A stretch of 64,000 bases of DNA from Catajapyx aquilonaris (Eukaryota): positions 1-64,000 of the forward strand of contig KZ538149.1 of assembly GCA_000934665.2 (NCBI GenBank). The letters are read 5' to 3'. Under the pieces are notes generated by a model. The model did not search any database. It saw only the letters and a list, made by a program, of their open reading frames with translations, and was not told where the DNA came from. Position 1 is the first letter of the stretch, and each line of letters begins with the position of its first letter. Shown piece after piece: positions 24,947-38,108 of this stretch. Both the position numbers and the translations under genes were made by a program.

Positions 24947-25680
24947 CAGGGCTATTCATAAGTCTTGACCCTATTTTAAAAATTCGCCAAAAATACACTA
25001 CACAACAGAGAGTTGTAATTAATATACCAAAAGAGCGAGAAAGGATCCGAGTTTTTTTTACAGCAAACCCCTCTCGTGTTGTAGCCTTGCTGTGCCGCTA
25101 GGAGGCAGTAGTTAGAAAATGATAAATTATACATTATAAATGAACACAGAGGATTACCTCTTTCAACAAGATGGTGCTCCACCTAATTTACATACCCAGG
25201 TGCGATGGTACTTCAACCAAAACCTACCACGATGTTGGATTGGACGCACAAGTCCCGATGGATGATGAGGTGTTAATGCGGTGGCCACCCTGGTCACCCG
25301 ATTTAACTCGCTACTTTTTCTTACTGGGATTTGTGAACAACACTGTCCTTGTGCCTCCACTCACTGCCAATGTCCAGGAACTTCGCCACCGCATCACCAT
25401 GGCTGTCACAAACTCTCAATGATTGACCTAACAAAAATTTACTCCATTTCGCCCCATACGCGAGCAAGCATGTCACATGCTTGCTCGCGTATGGGGCGAA
25501 ATGGAGTATCGGCTAGATGTGTGCCGCATCTCCAGAGGAGGACACATTGAACATTTGTAATGTGTGTAAAAAAAACTCGGATCCTTTCTCGCTCCTTTGG
25601 TATATTAATTACAACTATCTGTTGTGTAGTGTATTTTTGGTGAATTTTTAAAATAGGGTCAAGACTTATGAATAGCCCTG
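24947..25680 (+). mobile_element. Internally deleted Tc1/mariner element (DD41D/rosa-like) with transposase C-terminal relic
   Basis: TA TSD; long TIR CAGGGCTATTCATAAGTCTTGACCCTATTTTAAAA; broken frames FQQDGAPP..WIGR, WPPWSPDLT..FFLLG, MLARVWGEMEYRLDVCRISRGGHIEHL*. Confidence 0.9.
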
Positions 25681-25702
25681 TATTAGTCACATTGAGCAAT
25701 AT

Positions 25703-26055
25703 TTTTTATAAAAATTTATTTTACCCCGTGATGTCCCTTACGGGAGCTATAGGGGGTGGCATACCACCATCAGTTTTCTGTATATATATTTTCACTTCAT
25801 TCTCCGGTGCAAGGAAACAGGGACAATGGGAAAGGATATGTATTTTTGGGGAGGGAACATGGGTGCAAGGTGCAATGTCGTAGCTACGGGTCATGTGCTG
25901 TTCCCCAGGAGGTTAGGTTGCCAGACACCTCCTTGGTGCAGGTCAGAGACCCTCCTGACGCAGGTGAAAGGAAAGGTCCCCAGGTGGGGATCGAACCTGG
26001 GGCCTTTCCCTCAGCAAGCCGAGACGTTACCATCTCGGCCATCTACACCTCTCCT
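25703..26055 (-). mobile_element. tRNA-derived SINE family B
   Basis: A box TGGCCGAGATGG, B box GGTTCGATCCC; 13-bp TSD CATTGAGCAATAT. Confidence 0.9.
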
Positions 26056-26801
26056 CATTGAGCAATATGCAGTGTATTTTGAGTTTTTGACTATGTTCCA
26101 CAAAATGACGTATCGCTGTTACAAAAATGGAGGGTGATGGAAACTTTCTGACTTCATATTCGGAATCAGCGCGTTGAATGCAACAGCTAAAATGGTTCAT
26201 GTGCCAAAAACCTTGTTGACTAGTGATATTATCTCAGCCCCATCATGTACGATTATTATTTACATTTTTATTAACTTTATGTAAATAATTATGGAATGTG
26301 TTCCGGTCTAGTAAAACAAGGGATCACGTGGTAAATACATAAATAAATAAATAAATATCAAATCTTGGCCTTCGATTACCTCGAAACTGTTTTTAGACTC
26401 ACAAATTAAATGATGTATTTCACTTGTATATGCCGACGTATGAAACGGTAATTAGGAATGGATTGCGAGAAAATTAATTCTGGCGTCCCACCTTTTATTT
26501 ACGTAGTTATAGCCTTTTTAAAGCATAGCGAGTACGTATAGAGGAATATGTGATGCGGTGGTTGATTTTCTCGCAACCTAAATTCGCTTGCAAACACCGT
26601 GCCTCGCGAGATTGCGAATCCACCTTGAGTAATAGGAGATAAGTCACTTTCAGGTGTAATGTAGTAGCCTCCAAATTAAGTTATATATTATTTGCAAAAC
26701 CCGTAAGGCAAGAACTCTTGGGAAATTTCAGACCTAAAAAGTTGCAAGGCTAGGCATGTTCGGATCAGCCCCCGGACACTTATACTACATTCTGATGTTA
26801 T

Positions 26802-27033
26802 CACTGGAGCGCCACGAGACATTTCAGTCTCCGGATAAGTGGCGACCATACCGGACTAGGCTGAACTTTATAGGTACAAAAGGGAAGCGCTACATTGGGG
26901 GACCCAACATGGGCGCCGGCGGTCATTTTGGGCCCGCATGTAGCGCTTCCCTTTTGTACCTATAAAGTTAAGCCTATTCCAGTAGGGTCGCCACTTATCC
27001 GGAGACTGAAATGTCTCATGACGCTCTCAAGTG
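26802..27033. repeat. Long imperfect palindrome, probably a foldback MITE core
   Basis: GAGACATTTCAGTCTCCGGATAAGTGGCGACC and CTTTATAGGTACAAAAGGGAAGCGCTACAT are both mirrored as reverse complements. Confidence 0.85.
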
Positions 27034-27299
27034 AGCACCTTCTGCAAAACGCCCCGGCAGGGGGTAGGTGGGAGTGTCCAGACCTTACTTTCTATGACCA
27101 TGGTTCGGATGTTTTCAAGCTGCTAAAAGATGAACCTCTTTAACGGACGATTTTGGGTGAATCAACAATGTCGCTTAGCATTGCATTTCCTTGTCAATGA
27201 TTGACTTGTTGGACAACGGTCACACGTGCCCTTTCCCCCAACAAAAGGCCAATGGAGCCTTAACCACGCCATAATATTATAGAGTAATTCGCTTGTACT

Positions 27300-27560
27300 G
27301 ACTGTCATCATTCTACAGTCAGGCATCGCCATTCGTCCTTCAACAGTTTGTGATAACCCCACCCATATGTGACAATCATGTAGGGAGGGGATAGGCTACG
27401 TGTTAGCTTCTGACGGCGCGGCGATTGGTCTGACACTAACTTTGAATCAAAGTGCATTTCATGTCGATTCGTGGCACACGTGCCATTCACCTTTCTCACG
27501 CCAAATTTTAGGCGGTGATACGATTCCATCAATTTTCCCAGAGTACGCCATTGTTGCACT
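27300..27560 (-). pseudogene. Decayed mariner transposase fragment
   Basis: With frameshifts: GVRKV-NAR-VPR (cf. GMRKVSARWVPR) and IVTYGWGYH (cf. IVTGDETWVYH), in the expected order. Confidence 0.45.
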
Positions 27561-29503
27561 ACGAGGTGTAAGAGCTCTCTCTCACAGAAAGAAGCAGGAC
27601 ATACCGGTAGCTGCCTGATATTTTTTATTGAAATGCATATTTACTTAACAAAAAATATGAAAACATGCGAGGTGAACCTACGTACACCCGTGCATGTCAC
27701 CAGCATTTGTGTATCTATGGAATGATTGTGGTGAACGTTCTGAGCACAAAAATCATATGAATGGATAAGTGCTCTATACCAAATCCCCTCCCATTTTTGA
27801 ACACACGATGCACCACGATTTTGAAGCGAGAGAAACAATGTACAATAACCAATAACGATTCAGACTCAGTTGGTGTCGGTATGAGTGAGGGACGTTACGA
27901 GTGAGGCACATGATTGTCTCTATAAGGCGTACATGCAGTACCAGCTAGATGTTACAGTGTTATAACTGCATTATCCCATACTCGCACTAGCATAGGCGCA
28001 GTAAATGTCTGGTTTTAGGGCAAGTTGTACATGTCAACATAAATTAGTGAAAATCTTCAATTATGTACAGGTACGGTACTAACAATACATAATCCTTCAC
28101 AATCGGAGCTTATCTCCCATGTCCATACAACTGTCTCTTACTACAACGATTAAGCAAAATAAAATTGAAATTGCGGAAAGACCGACGCGACGGCATCACA
28201 GTATAGCCTCCGATTCTGGTCTGTATCTTCCATGATAAGTCATGTTTTTATTTGCATTATGTCAGCCTGGAATTAGAGACAATTCTACTGAAGCAAGATG
28301 AAGCAATCCATTCTCATTTGCTTGAGCATACTTACAAGGTGCGTGTTTCAGTTGAAAATAATGTCCGTTTTAATTAGCAATATTTTGGAACTAAACCGCT
28401 AATTTTAAACAGTTCCTTTTGAATGGTAACATTAGTTATTTAGGTATTAGCTACAAATGTTAGGTTGCCTGGAGCACATCATTTTAACGCCTAAAAGAGA
28501 ACATGGCCTACAAAAAAAAGTTCAATCAGCATTGACTTTCGATGCCAAATTTTCCGATGTGCCCAATCAGAAATTCATTGCAATTCAGAGTTTGAATAGG
28601 TGATTGATTTGGCCTAGCATTTTCAGGTAGTAATACATTTGGGACGTAGGCTACTTCATCGGTAACCCCTTATCGTCATAAAGTGAGTATAATAATATTA
28701 TTTCTCTTCTCATGCACGACTTGCATATTAAGTACAGTTCCCTAAAGCGCATTGACTTCATACTATACTCACAATGAAATCGATCCAATTGTATCATTGT
28801 ATTATTGTGTTCAATGCAGATACCAAAGTATAATAAGTTTATATTATAATCATATCGTGCACAATTTGGCAGAGATGAAACTAATATCATAGTATACAGT
28901 AATACAGTATACAGTAATAAACTACATAGATTTTTTTTTACTCTCCAACTTTTTGTTGTTCTCCCGTGCACACAAGTTCCCTCTGATCATATTTTCCATT
29001 CCATTCTCGTTCCACAGGACATTTCCGTCTTCAATATGGCACCCCACCGGCGTTATGAAGGTTCATATGGCGTCAATATCCATGCCACAATCTTTCCCAT
29101 TTGCGCGTCCCCTTACTGCCAACGCGCCATGGAAGAATTGATCAGGAGGCGTTCTAGTGACTTGAATCTGACATTGCTAGACTCATTTGAATTGTTTTTC
29201 TCCGGTAGACGAACATCATTGGGCTTCAGCTTGGAGATCCGCTAGCATCATTCAGCTTATTATATGCCCTCCAGCCGCCTTTATCAAAGGTTAATTGTAA
29301 ATTTAAGTTCTTGCATATAGGGAATAAAGAGACATCAAATATATACAGTATAGCAATAGCTTCGAATTTTTGATCCTATGACCAAATGAAGGTGAATGCT
29401 GCGTTGCTGGCGCACTAATTTGCCATATGTAATATAATAAAGCGATATTGATTTTCGCAACACTATATGCAAATTTGGGGAAGGGTAGACCCGGGTAGAC
29501 CTA

Positions 29504-29794
29504 CTCTCTAAAAAAATAAGAGTTAAATTAACTCTTTTAAACCTTGAAAGTGGTCATTACCAAAAATGAGTTATAATAACTCCTTGCTGGAGTTAAAACA
29601 ACTCTTTTAGTTCATTTCATCCTCCGAAAGAGTGAATTAATAACTCTTTTCGGAGGATGAAATGAACTAAAAGAGTTATTTTAACTCCAGCAAAGAGTTA
29701 TTATAACTCATTTTTGGTAATGACCACTTTCAAGGTTTAAAAGAGTTAATTTAACTCTTATTGAGTTTTTTTTAACTCTACTTTTTTTAGAGAG
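29504..29794. mobile_element. Near-perfect ~290-bp palindromic MITE (copy 2, opposite orientation)
   Basis: Almost identical to the reverse complement of 24219-24506. Confidence 0.9.
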
Positions 29795-30918
29795 TATAGT
29801 CAGGGCCAGTCATAATCAGGTATAAATGCTAAACCGCAACTTCCCACTCAGGAGTGAACTAAATCTGTTGGTCCATTATAAGCGCAATGTATTTCCATTC
29901 GTTCTTGTCTCGGTTGAGTTGACACAGTTGACAAAGCCGCGGTTTTTAGTCAGGATTGTAGAGCAAATCCCCTGACTTGGGCATGAGTCATATCGGCTCC
30001 AAACAAGTATCGCAATGCAGGTTCAAAATTGCAGCAAATGAGCTTTGTCGATGACAATGAAGGCGTCATTGCAGCTAATCGGATGCCACCGGGTGTGCCT
30101 GGTCACAGCATAGTGTGTGTGGGGTGGGGGGGGGNNNNNNNNNGGGGGGGGGGACTAATTCTTGCCACCAACTAGTTTTACTTCTACAGGCCCATTGTCA
30201 AAATTAGTAATCAATCTCGACACTTATGGTGTATGGAACTAATCACAGATCGCATACCGGCATACGGTATCCATAAACTGTATACGTGGATGATTCTTCC
30301 CTATCGTTTGAATATTTGTATACTCTACGGCTATGCGCAAGTGCACCATATGGCGTAGCTTCCTGAATATTCCTAGAGGAACCTTCCAACATGTAATCTG
30401 ATTTGCGTCCCTTCGTGAACGTCTTCACATCGTCCAATTGAGATAAAGTGGGATATCACGCAGAGGCGGATCAGGATCGCTCTGGCGGACTCTCTCTTTT
30501 GTTTTGATGTCATCGTGGAAGCAGGCAGCCAGACAGATCGAGATGCAAGTATTTCTCGCCGCTTTGCGACAGCTTCCACTACACTGGAAGGTTTTCCTCA
30601 GGAACGAAACCCTTAGGATTAGAATAATTTAATTGCGAGTAGAGATCGAGGCGAAATTTAGTTTGATCAAATTTTTAACCATGAGTAGGGCCTATATGTG
30701 AATTATTTTACATCTAATGCGTGCACAAAAATCCATGATTACACAGTCCCATTGTTGTAAGTGTGTGATTTGTTTATGAAGTTCAGTTTTACTATTTTAA
30801 AATCAGTAGTGTATGTTGCATGAGTTTTCACGAGCAACGGGGTTGGAGTTGTGAGAGATTTTTCCACCCTGCCAACCCGGTCACTCGTCAGACCCAACAC
30901 TCGAAAATAGAAATCTCC

Positions 30919-31254
30919 GGGAGGTGTAGATGACCGAGATGGTTACGTCTCGGCTTGCTGAGGGAAAGGCCCCAGGTTCGAGCCCCTGCCTGGGGAGCTC
31001 CATTTCACCTGCGTCAGGAGGGTCTCTGACCCGCGCTAAGGAGGTGTCTGGAAACCTAACCTCCTGGGGGACTGCACCTGGCCCAAACTTGAGTCATTGC
31101 ACCTGCACCCGTATGCCCTCCCCGCAAATCCCTATCCTTACCTAATGTCCTTGATTCCTTGCACCGGAGATGAAGAAAAAATACAAGAAAACTGATGGTG
31201 GTGTGCCACCCCCCAAAAAGGCCCTTGGAGGCCTATCAGGGGGGAAAAATCAAC
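30919..31254 (+). mobile_element. SINE family B
   Basis: A/B boxes; TSD AATAGAAATCTCC/AATAGAAATCACC. Confidence 0.88.
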
Positions 31255-31986
31255 AATAGAAATCACCCGGAGAGAAGCTGGAGGTTTACAAACTCACGCA
31301 AAGTGCAATAGTGACTCAAAAACCAGCCTTGCCTTCAAAAATGCACATTTTGATATTTACGTAAAAACACATATACGAAATTAAAGGTACTACGCTTGGG
31401 GGATGTTTTGGAATTGTCGTACTTCGAAAAAACTGCTAACTGGATTCCTGCGCGCACCAGATGGACATTATTTTATGTATGGTGTCATTTGATCTCTCTA
31501 GACTAGTTCCAATGATAATTAGCATTTAATACAGTTGTCGCCGTTTTGCGGGATGAGGTTCCAGAAAAACAGGGTCGTAAAGTGGAAAGTCGTCAAACGA
31601 GACCGAATTATAATGTAATTGAATGGATAGGCTCCAAAATTTCCCCATTTTTCCCATTTGCCGTACGATACTGTTGCTTTTTATGCAGAGTATAATTTTG
31701 AATCATAAATTTAATGCACACGTTACATGGCAGGTTCCAGGTTGAGGGTCATCTGGTTCTGAGGATTCATTTCCCATTTTTGGTAAGAACTGCAGTTCCA
31801 GTGTGTATTATTGTAACAACAAGTATTAGTCCTACAGTTCGAATCCTACAGTTTCGAGGAATGCAGAGAATAATAATTCCGCACTAAAACAAAATAATCC
31901 CCTCTTGCATGTTTAGACTCACAGGCGACGCGACGGTGACAGAGATGTCTCACTGTTTCGAATGTTTTGTTATTTCAATTTTTGCA

Positions 31987-32306
31987 GGGAGACGGAGTGG
32001 CGCCGCGGTAACGTGCGCGCCCACGGATGTTAAGGTCCCGGGTTCGATCCCAGCCCGGGGACACCCCCTTCATCTCGTGCAGAGTTCAGGGTCACCTCTG
32101 GCTTCGTCTCGGGTGGTATATCCTACAGACTAAACCACCCGGGGGAGTTCACTAAAAATGACCACAGCGTCAGATTCACTGCACTTTGCACATCCCCTCC
32201 TGTCATCCTGCCCGTGGGCCCGGGCGCTTCAAAAAATGGGATTCCCAAAATTGTATAACATCAAAATAAAGGTCTGGCAGAAGGCCCCTCTGGGGCTAGC
32301 CAATCA

Positions 32307-32352
<46 letters not shown>
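31987..32352 (+). mobile_element. SINE family A with a different 3' end and (ATT)n tail
   Basis: A/B boxes; 17-bp TSD TTATTTCAATTTTTGCA. Confidence 0.9.
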
Positions 32353-32357
<5 letters not shown>

Positions 32358-32560
32358 TCAATTTTTGCATTTTTAAATTTCAGTTTTAGGTCATTTTAAA
32401 AAGGTCGTTAATGTGAAACGTAAAACTTAAAACGGGGGCTGCCTGTAATTTATATGGCATGGGTGACAACCTAAGTATTTCTGCCGCCGCCATAATGACG
32501 CCTCCCAGGTAATAATGACGTCTAGTATTTTGGCCTTGGGTGTCAAGGGATTGCCATTAT

Positions 32561-32897
32561 TTTTTATTTTATTTTATTTTTTTACATTACCCCACGGGGG
32601 GAGCTATCTACTCCTTAGGGGGGGGGGGGGTGGAATTACCACCATCGGGATTTGTTGGAGTGAATTAAGAAGGATCTTTTTAGTGTACTCCAAGGGTAGG
32701 TGGGAGGGGATGTGCAAAGTGCATGTGCGCTGTCGTTAATTGGTCATTTTGTGAACTCCCCCGGGTGGCTTAGTCTGTCGGAAATTGCCACCCGAAATGA
32801 AGCCAGAGATGGCCCAACTCTGCATGGATAAAGGTGGGAACCCCGGGTGGGGATTGAACCCGGGACCTTCATATCCGTGGGCGCACGCGTTACCGCG
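32561..32897 (-). mobile_element. SINE family A variant, 5'-truncated, B-type tail
   Basis: 15-bp TSD AGGGATTGCCATTAT; body homologous to family A. Confidence 0.85.
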
Positions 32898-33395
32898 AGG
32901 GATTGCCATTATCTGCCCATCATGCGTAAGATACCGACTACCCTGTGCGTATGCTATCAGTGTTCCTAACTGTAGTATACAATTACAGTACTATACTCTT
33001 TGAGACGAGCTCTTGGACGTGCTATATAATCCTCACCAAATAACTATGTACATGATAATTTAATCTTCCGCGGTCCATAAAACCAGCTTGTTACACTCAT
33101 GTTATTTGCAGGGCATTATCCATTTAGAGTGCTACAATTGGTAGTGTCAGATTAATTTTACGACTTTTGAAACCGAATCATATTTCCAACGGATGCCCCC
33201 TTTGTTACAAACTATTGCAGCACAAATTTCCATGTACCCTGACGTCTCGTACATGATGCGATCAGTAACTCTTACATTTGCTTCAGGTAGAGTAATCCTT
33301 TTTATTCTACAAGACAATCAATCACTGCTTACTTACCTCCCCGCTTAGTAATATTGCAGGTAGGATTGTTGGGGCCACCACTTGCATTCCATAAA

Positions 33396-33703
33396 ACTTT
33401 TTTTTGTGTACCCCATGAGACAGTGTCAATGTTGGGGGTGGACTACCACCATATTACATATTTTCTATTTTCCATTTTTCTTGTAACTCCGGTGCAGGGA
33501 ATGAAGGACAATGGGTAAGGATAGGGATTTCTGGGGAGGGAACATGGGTGCAAGTGCAGTAAAAGGGTCATGTGCTAGGAGGCTAGGTTAGGGAGGCGCG
33601 GGTCAGAGACCCTTCTGACGCAGGTGAAAGGGTCCCAGGCGAGGATCGAACCTGGGACCTTTCACTCAGCAAGCCGAGACGCTACCATCTCGGCCACCTC
33701 CCC
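33396..33703 (-). mobile_element. SINE family B
   Basis: Homologous to 25703-26055; TSD GCATTCCAT(A/C)AA. Confidence 0.85.
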
Positions 33704-33749
33704 GCATTCCATCAATCATCAAGTATATATTAAGCCCCTCTCCGACGAG

Positions 33750-34415
33750 GAGAATATAGCTTATAGGATATATAGGATGGAAAAGATTTCGCACTTCCCG
33801 GCGTCGCAGAGACCTCGGACTTACACCGTTGGATTCCTTGCCCCTGCTTTACTGGTTCCAAAAATGCTCATAATCGTTAAATCCCCAGCCGTTTTTCAGA
33901 TAAAAAATTAACTGTATCCGCGAACACCCCCGGATCATTTCCCCACCCGCTCGACAGACGAGAGCTGCGGTCGCATCCGCCACCGACAGCCATCCACTGC
34001 CCCCGACCCCGCAACTCCTCCTCCTCCCCTACTCAACTCTGCCACTACGTCATCTGTGCCGGTTATTGCATCATGCTGCCCTTTTCACGATACGTCAGCT
34101 AGGGCGCATTCTGATACTCCACACCTTTAGTGGTGACGTCATGGGTGTTCTGTAAACGGATACCACCTCGCTCCGACCAATTTTTGCGTAAAAAGACTTG
34201 CTCTGTTCGCAACGGAGAGTGGGGTAAGTGTGGGCCGGCCGGGTGCACCTGCACCGGGCCTCGGAGAGTTACGGAGACCGAGGAGGAACTGCGCGGGACC
34301 CGACCAATTCGCGCCGAAGGCGCGCAAGTGAGGCGCGGCCCCACGAGGGGGGGGGGGGGGNGGGGGGGGGGGGGGCGAAGCCCCCTGCGGAGCAAAGCGA
34401 GTAAACCTATAATAC
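33750..34415 (+). mobile_element. Helitron-like GC-rich element
   Basis: Starts TATAGGATATATAGG; ends with GGGGCGAAGCCCC hairpin. Boundaries approximate. Confidence 0.35.
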
Positions 34416-35834
34416 TGTATATCATTATTGACTGCGAGCCTTAATTGCTTTGCGACGGCAGTTAAGTTTAGATTCTGTTAGCACTAGGGTATAAAGAATA
34501 TCCTGATGGGCATATCACCCATCAAACAGCCTTGCTATACGTGTAGAGCACTGTACAGGGTATTTTCTATGCCACAAATGCTAATACAGGTACAATAAAA
34601 ACTGAATTGCCGCTGCACGCCACGAAGTAATTAAGCCCTGCAGTCTAAAACTGACGTAAAGTATTTTGGCCTTAAAGTAGGCCAAGGGATCGGCATGTTT
34701 GAAGTCAAAGGTGGGGTTACTAACCACCCTGTAGAAGTGTAGAGTGTAGATCGTCCACCCATAAAGGCAGTGCTGACTCATGAATATTCTACCTCACACC
34801 CAAACAGATGCGATTGGCGCATGTTGTATGCAACGAATGTTTTCCATTAAAATCTACACAGAGAAATGATATGAACCCTATACGGATTTGAAATTAAGAG
34901 CAAGTTGCTTCCACGATGATTTCAGGGCGTCTCTATAGCCATTGTCGTTGGAAGAATTTATTAGAACAACCTCCCTGTCTCTTTTCACTAACTCCGGATA
35001 GCACGGTAGGGATGGAACCAGCGGGAGACATAAAAATGTTCCGTTATAGAGGCCCATTATTTTAAAATGCATAGGCTCGATATCCAGCCCGACAGAGGAG
35101 TCTTGAGGACATAATCGACAGATTCAAACTACTGTAGTTTGTGGGACCTATTTTAGCTGGGACCAGGAATTGTGTTATTGTACAACAACATTAAAGAGAC
35201 ATCCTGAGACCTTTATTTTTAGAAACAGTAATTAAAATATTCTAATAATCTCGTACCTTGCAACTGAAAAAATACTTGTCGAATTGTACGGCTAGTGCTA
35301 GCGGTAAAATATGAATAGTATTACAGACGATATTGTATTATTCAAACATTTGATACAAAGGTCCTATAAACAATTTCTTTTTTCTGGGCCAAACAGCTAT
35401 AGTCGTCACTAAGAATGCTCTATTTAGCCTAATAACAGAAATATTTACTTGTTCCAATATTAACCCTTCCACGGATATAACTCATTAATTAAAAGCATCC
35501 TCAAGTGCCAAATTACTGGCATCTTTTTAATACTGCTTTTCCACAGTTTTTGGCATTTCCAGCCTAATTATATTCAGTTTAGAGCACCAGACACAGCGCA
35601 AGTTGGCCGGCTACCAATAAGCTTCCAGTTCCACACTTAAGATATACAGAACGTTTGATGGATATCAGCGTAGCAGGGAACACGTTCATTACAGAGTTGA
35701 ATGTAACCTTCTCTTTCATAATACCTAACACCATAATACCGACAGCCGAAATACCTACAATAATATTCCATAATACCCCTACTGGTCAAAATAGCTAAAC
35801 TGCCATAAGGCCTAAACTCTCATAATACCTACAC

Positions 35835-36342
35835 CAGTGGTTTCCAACCGGGGGGTCGCGGGCAGGGTCGCGGGCAGGGTCGCGGGCAGGGTCGCGGGGG
35901 GGTCGCGAGCCTTGGTTCAACTGTCTTTTTTTGCAATTTCTGTGTCAATTGAACTATTTTTGTGGCCGTACAGAGTCTATATGTTTTCTGGAAAGGGGGC
36001 AGTTGTAGAAAGGGCCAGGGGAGGGGGGTCGCACATTTGAGGGTGTTGTGGAAAAACATGATAACTGACATTTTTGTCATTTTTTACCTAAACACCTAGC
36101 AACTATGTATAAGACATGACAAACAGTTTGGTATAACTTACTCCAAGTTCATGTATCATGGACGAGACAGCTACACGGACTAGATCCAAACGAGCATTCC
36201 CTATGATTTGTTCAGAAATTGCAAACTTCAATTCGCTCTCATGAAAAATTACACTTTGTCAGTTATCATGTTTTTCCACCACACCCCTCATTTATGGAAA
36301 CATGCTTAGGGGTCGCAGTTGGTAAAAAGTTTGAAACCACTG
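35835..36342. mobile_element. hAT (Buster/Charlie-like) MITE
   Basis: CAGTGGTTTC...GAAACCACTG; perfect TSD ACCTACAC. Confidence 0.9.
36039..36289. mobile_element. Sola-like MITE nested in the hAT MITE
   Basis: 32-bp TIR GAGGGTGTTGTGGAAAAACATGATAACTGACA; GAG...CTC termini; 4-bp TSD ATTT. Confidence 0.8.
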
Positions 36343-37758
36343 ACCTACACTGTACTACTATACAATAAAAATCATGCTTGGATGTTAGACTCACTTGTTA
36401 ATGTTCAATCGGCCCCAGGTTTAAAAGAGGCTACGCTTTCATATCGGGAGACCCCCACTTTACCTACTTTCCTAGGCTTGCATCTGCTGAAAGATAGGCG
36501 TGGATCCGAAAGGAAGGTTAGGGGATGGGTTATGTTGGTACATCATGCCCTACCCCTGCCAAATTCTGTCTTCGAGGGATTGCTTACAATATGCATCTAC
36601 AGTATAGGTATTGTACTCGAATGTAGGTATTATGGCAGTGTAGATATTTTGGGCATAGGTATTTCGGCTGTTGGTATTTTGGGCTGTCGGTATTATGGTG
36701 TTAGGTATTATGTAGCAGATTCGAATGTAAAGTGAGAAGTACTGTACAATTGAATGATTAGACGAAAGGGTAATAATTTTTCAAATCTCTTATTATGACA
36801 TATAAAGTAGTTTGTTATGACTTCACATAATTATAGCGATATAGCCCTGTCCAAAATACCGAGTTCTGTGCCCAGAACTCTTCCACAAAAAATAATGACA
36901 TTAACTAATATTAACCCATACTATAACTCCACACTATAGCTGTAATCATCTCTTCTTCGATACATTATAATTTTGTATTCTCATAGGCATATAAAATATT
37001 CGCTTGACGTCAGGGCACCCAGATGAATGAATACACTGGAATTACACGTTCTTAATAATTTTCCAAACGACCGAGCTTGGTTGGGATTACAAAACCTCCA
37101 TGTAACTGTACTTAAAACTGTTCTCCTCGCAAAGACGTCTACACGACCAGGATAATCAAATAACTTCAGGGTCGAACGCTTTCATATACGTATCACTGTA
37201 TTCCACAAGATACAATATTATAGTTGAACTAACGTATGCAAACACACTGAACAAAAAGGGGGGGAGGGGGGCGTTGCGTTACCCCCACCAGAAAGGCCGA
37301 TTCAACCGCTCGCCTTCTTCTCAAAGCCTGAAGTTCCCTACTCAAGGTCCTCCAACACATATATACTCTTGTACAGTAAAATGTACCCCACAAAACAATT
37401 GCTCAAAAGTGTTGTATACAGCATTTACATCGTGTTACACTCCACAACAAAGTTGCGAGTCCATTCCAGCAAAGGGATCTGCTGCTCTTAATTTATGCGG
37501 TAGCAGAAGGGCGGTAACAGGACAGGATAATATATTAGTTACGCTGGTCCACTAATAACATATTAATGAGATTATGACATAGGGCCTGGTGTAAGGCTTA
37601 ATGTGATAATATTATCTCAGAGATTTATTATGCCCTTTGCTTGCACATAATCCATGCAGAAACAGCATTGCGGAAATGAACACAGAGAGAAAAAATAGCT
37701 TTAAGAAGGAGGAAACACTACAAACTGATAATTAACTGATATTAAGTATTGTATAGAC

Positions 37759-38070
37759 CAGAGGTTCCCAAACTGTGCTCCGCGAAACTTCACCAAGTGC
37801 TCCGCGAAGAGGTTGGGGAAAAAAGGAATTCTTCAATAAGCTATACCCATTCAAATCTCCCAGTAGCTTGTGTGACCTTGAGCCCAAAGAAATTTCGCCT
37901 GCTGCGACCTTTCGTCCCTCACGTTACCATTTACTATTTTGGCACTGCCCCCCCCCCCCTCCGCCCCATATTTTTTTTCTGCCTACGCGGCTCGATGATG
38001 TTAGTGCTCCGTCACGAATATCTCTCCGGCTGAAAAGTGCTCCGCGACTCAAAAAGTTTGGGAACCTCTG
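37759..38070. mobile_element. hAT (Buster/Charlie-like) MITE
   Basis: CAGAGGTTCCCAAACT/AGTTTGGGAACCTCTG; perfect TSD GTATAGAC. Confidence 0.92.
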
Positions 38071-38108
38071 GTATAGACTATAGAGTATAGACTGTAGAGG
38101 ATGTTCTA

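Larger units (their letters stand above)
24640..26225. mobile_element. Old Chapaev-like element end(s), interrupted by the mariner and a SINE
   Basis: Three diverged copies of GACTTCATATTCGGAATCAGCGC (~24689, ~24863, ~26150); the last ends TTGTTGACTAGTG. Confidence 0.4.
35707..36722. mobile_element. MULE/foldback-like element with modular TIRs (outer layer of a nest)
   Basis: CATAATACCTAACACCATAATACCGACAGCC...GGCTGTCGGTATTATGGTGTTAGGTATTATG; flanking direct repeat GAATGTAA. Confidence 0.7.

Noticed and set aside
30440..30560. Chapaev transposase relic (LHLD..FHDDIKTKER, minus strand)
   Set aside because: Needs a frameshift and deletion; too short to separate from chance without a tBLASTn/HMM search.
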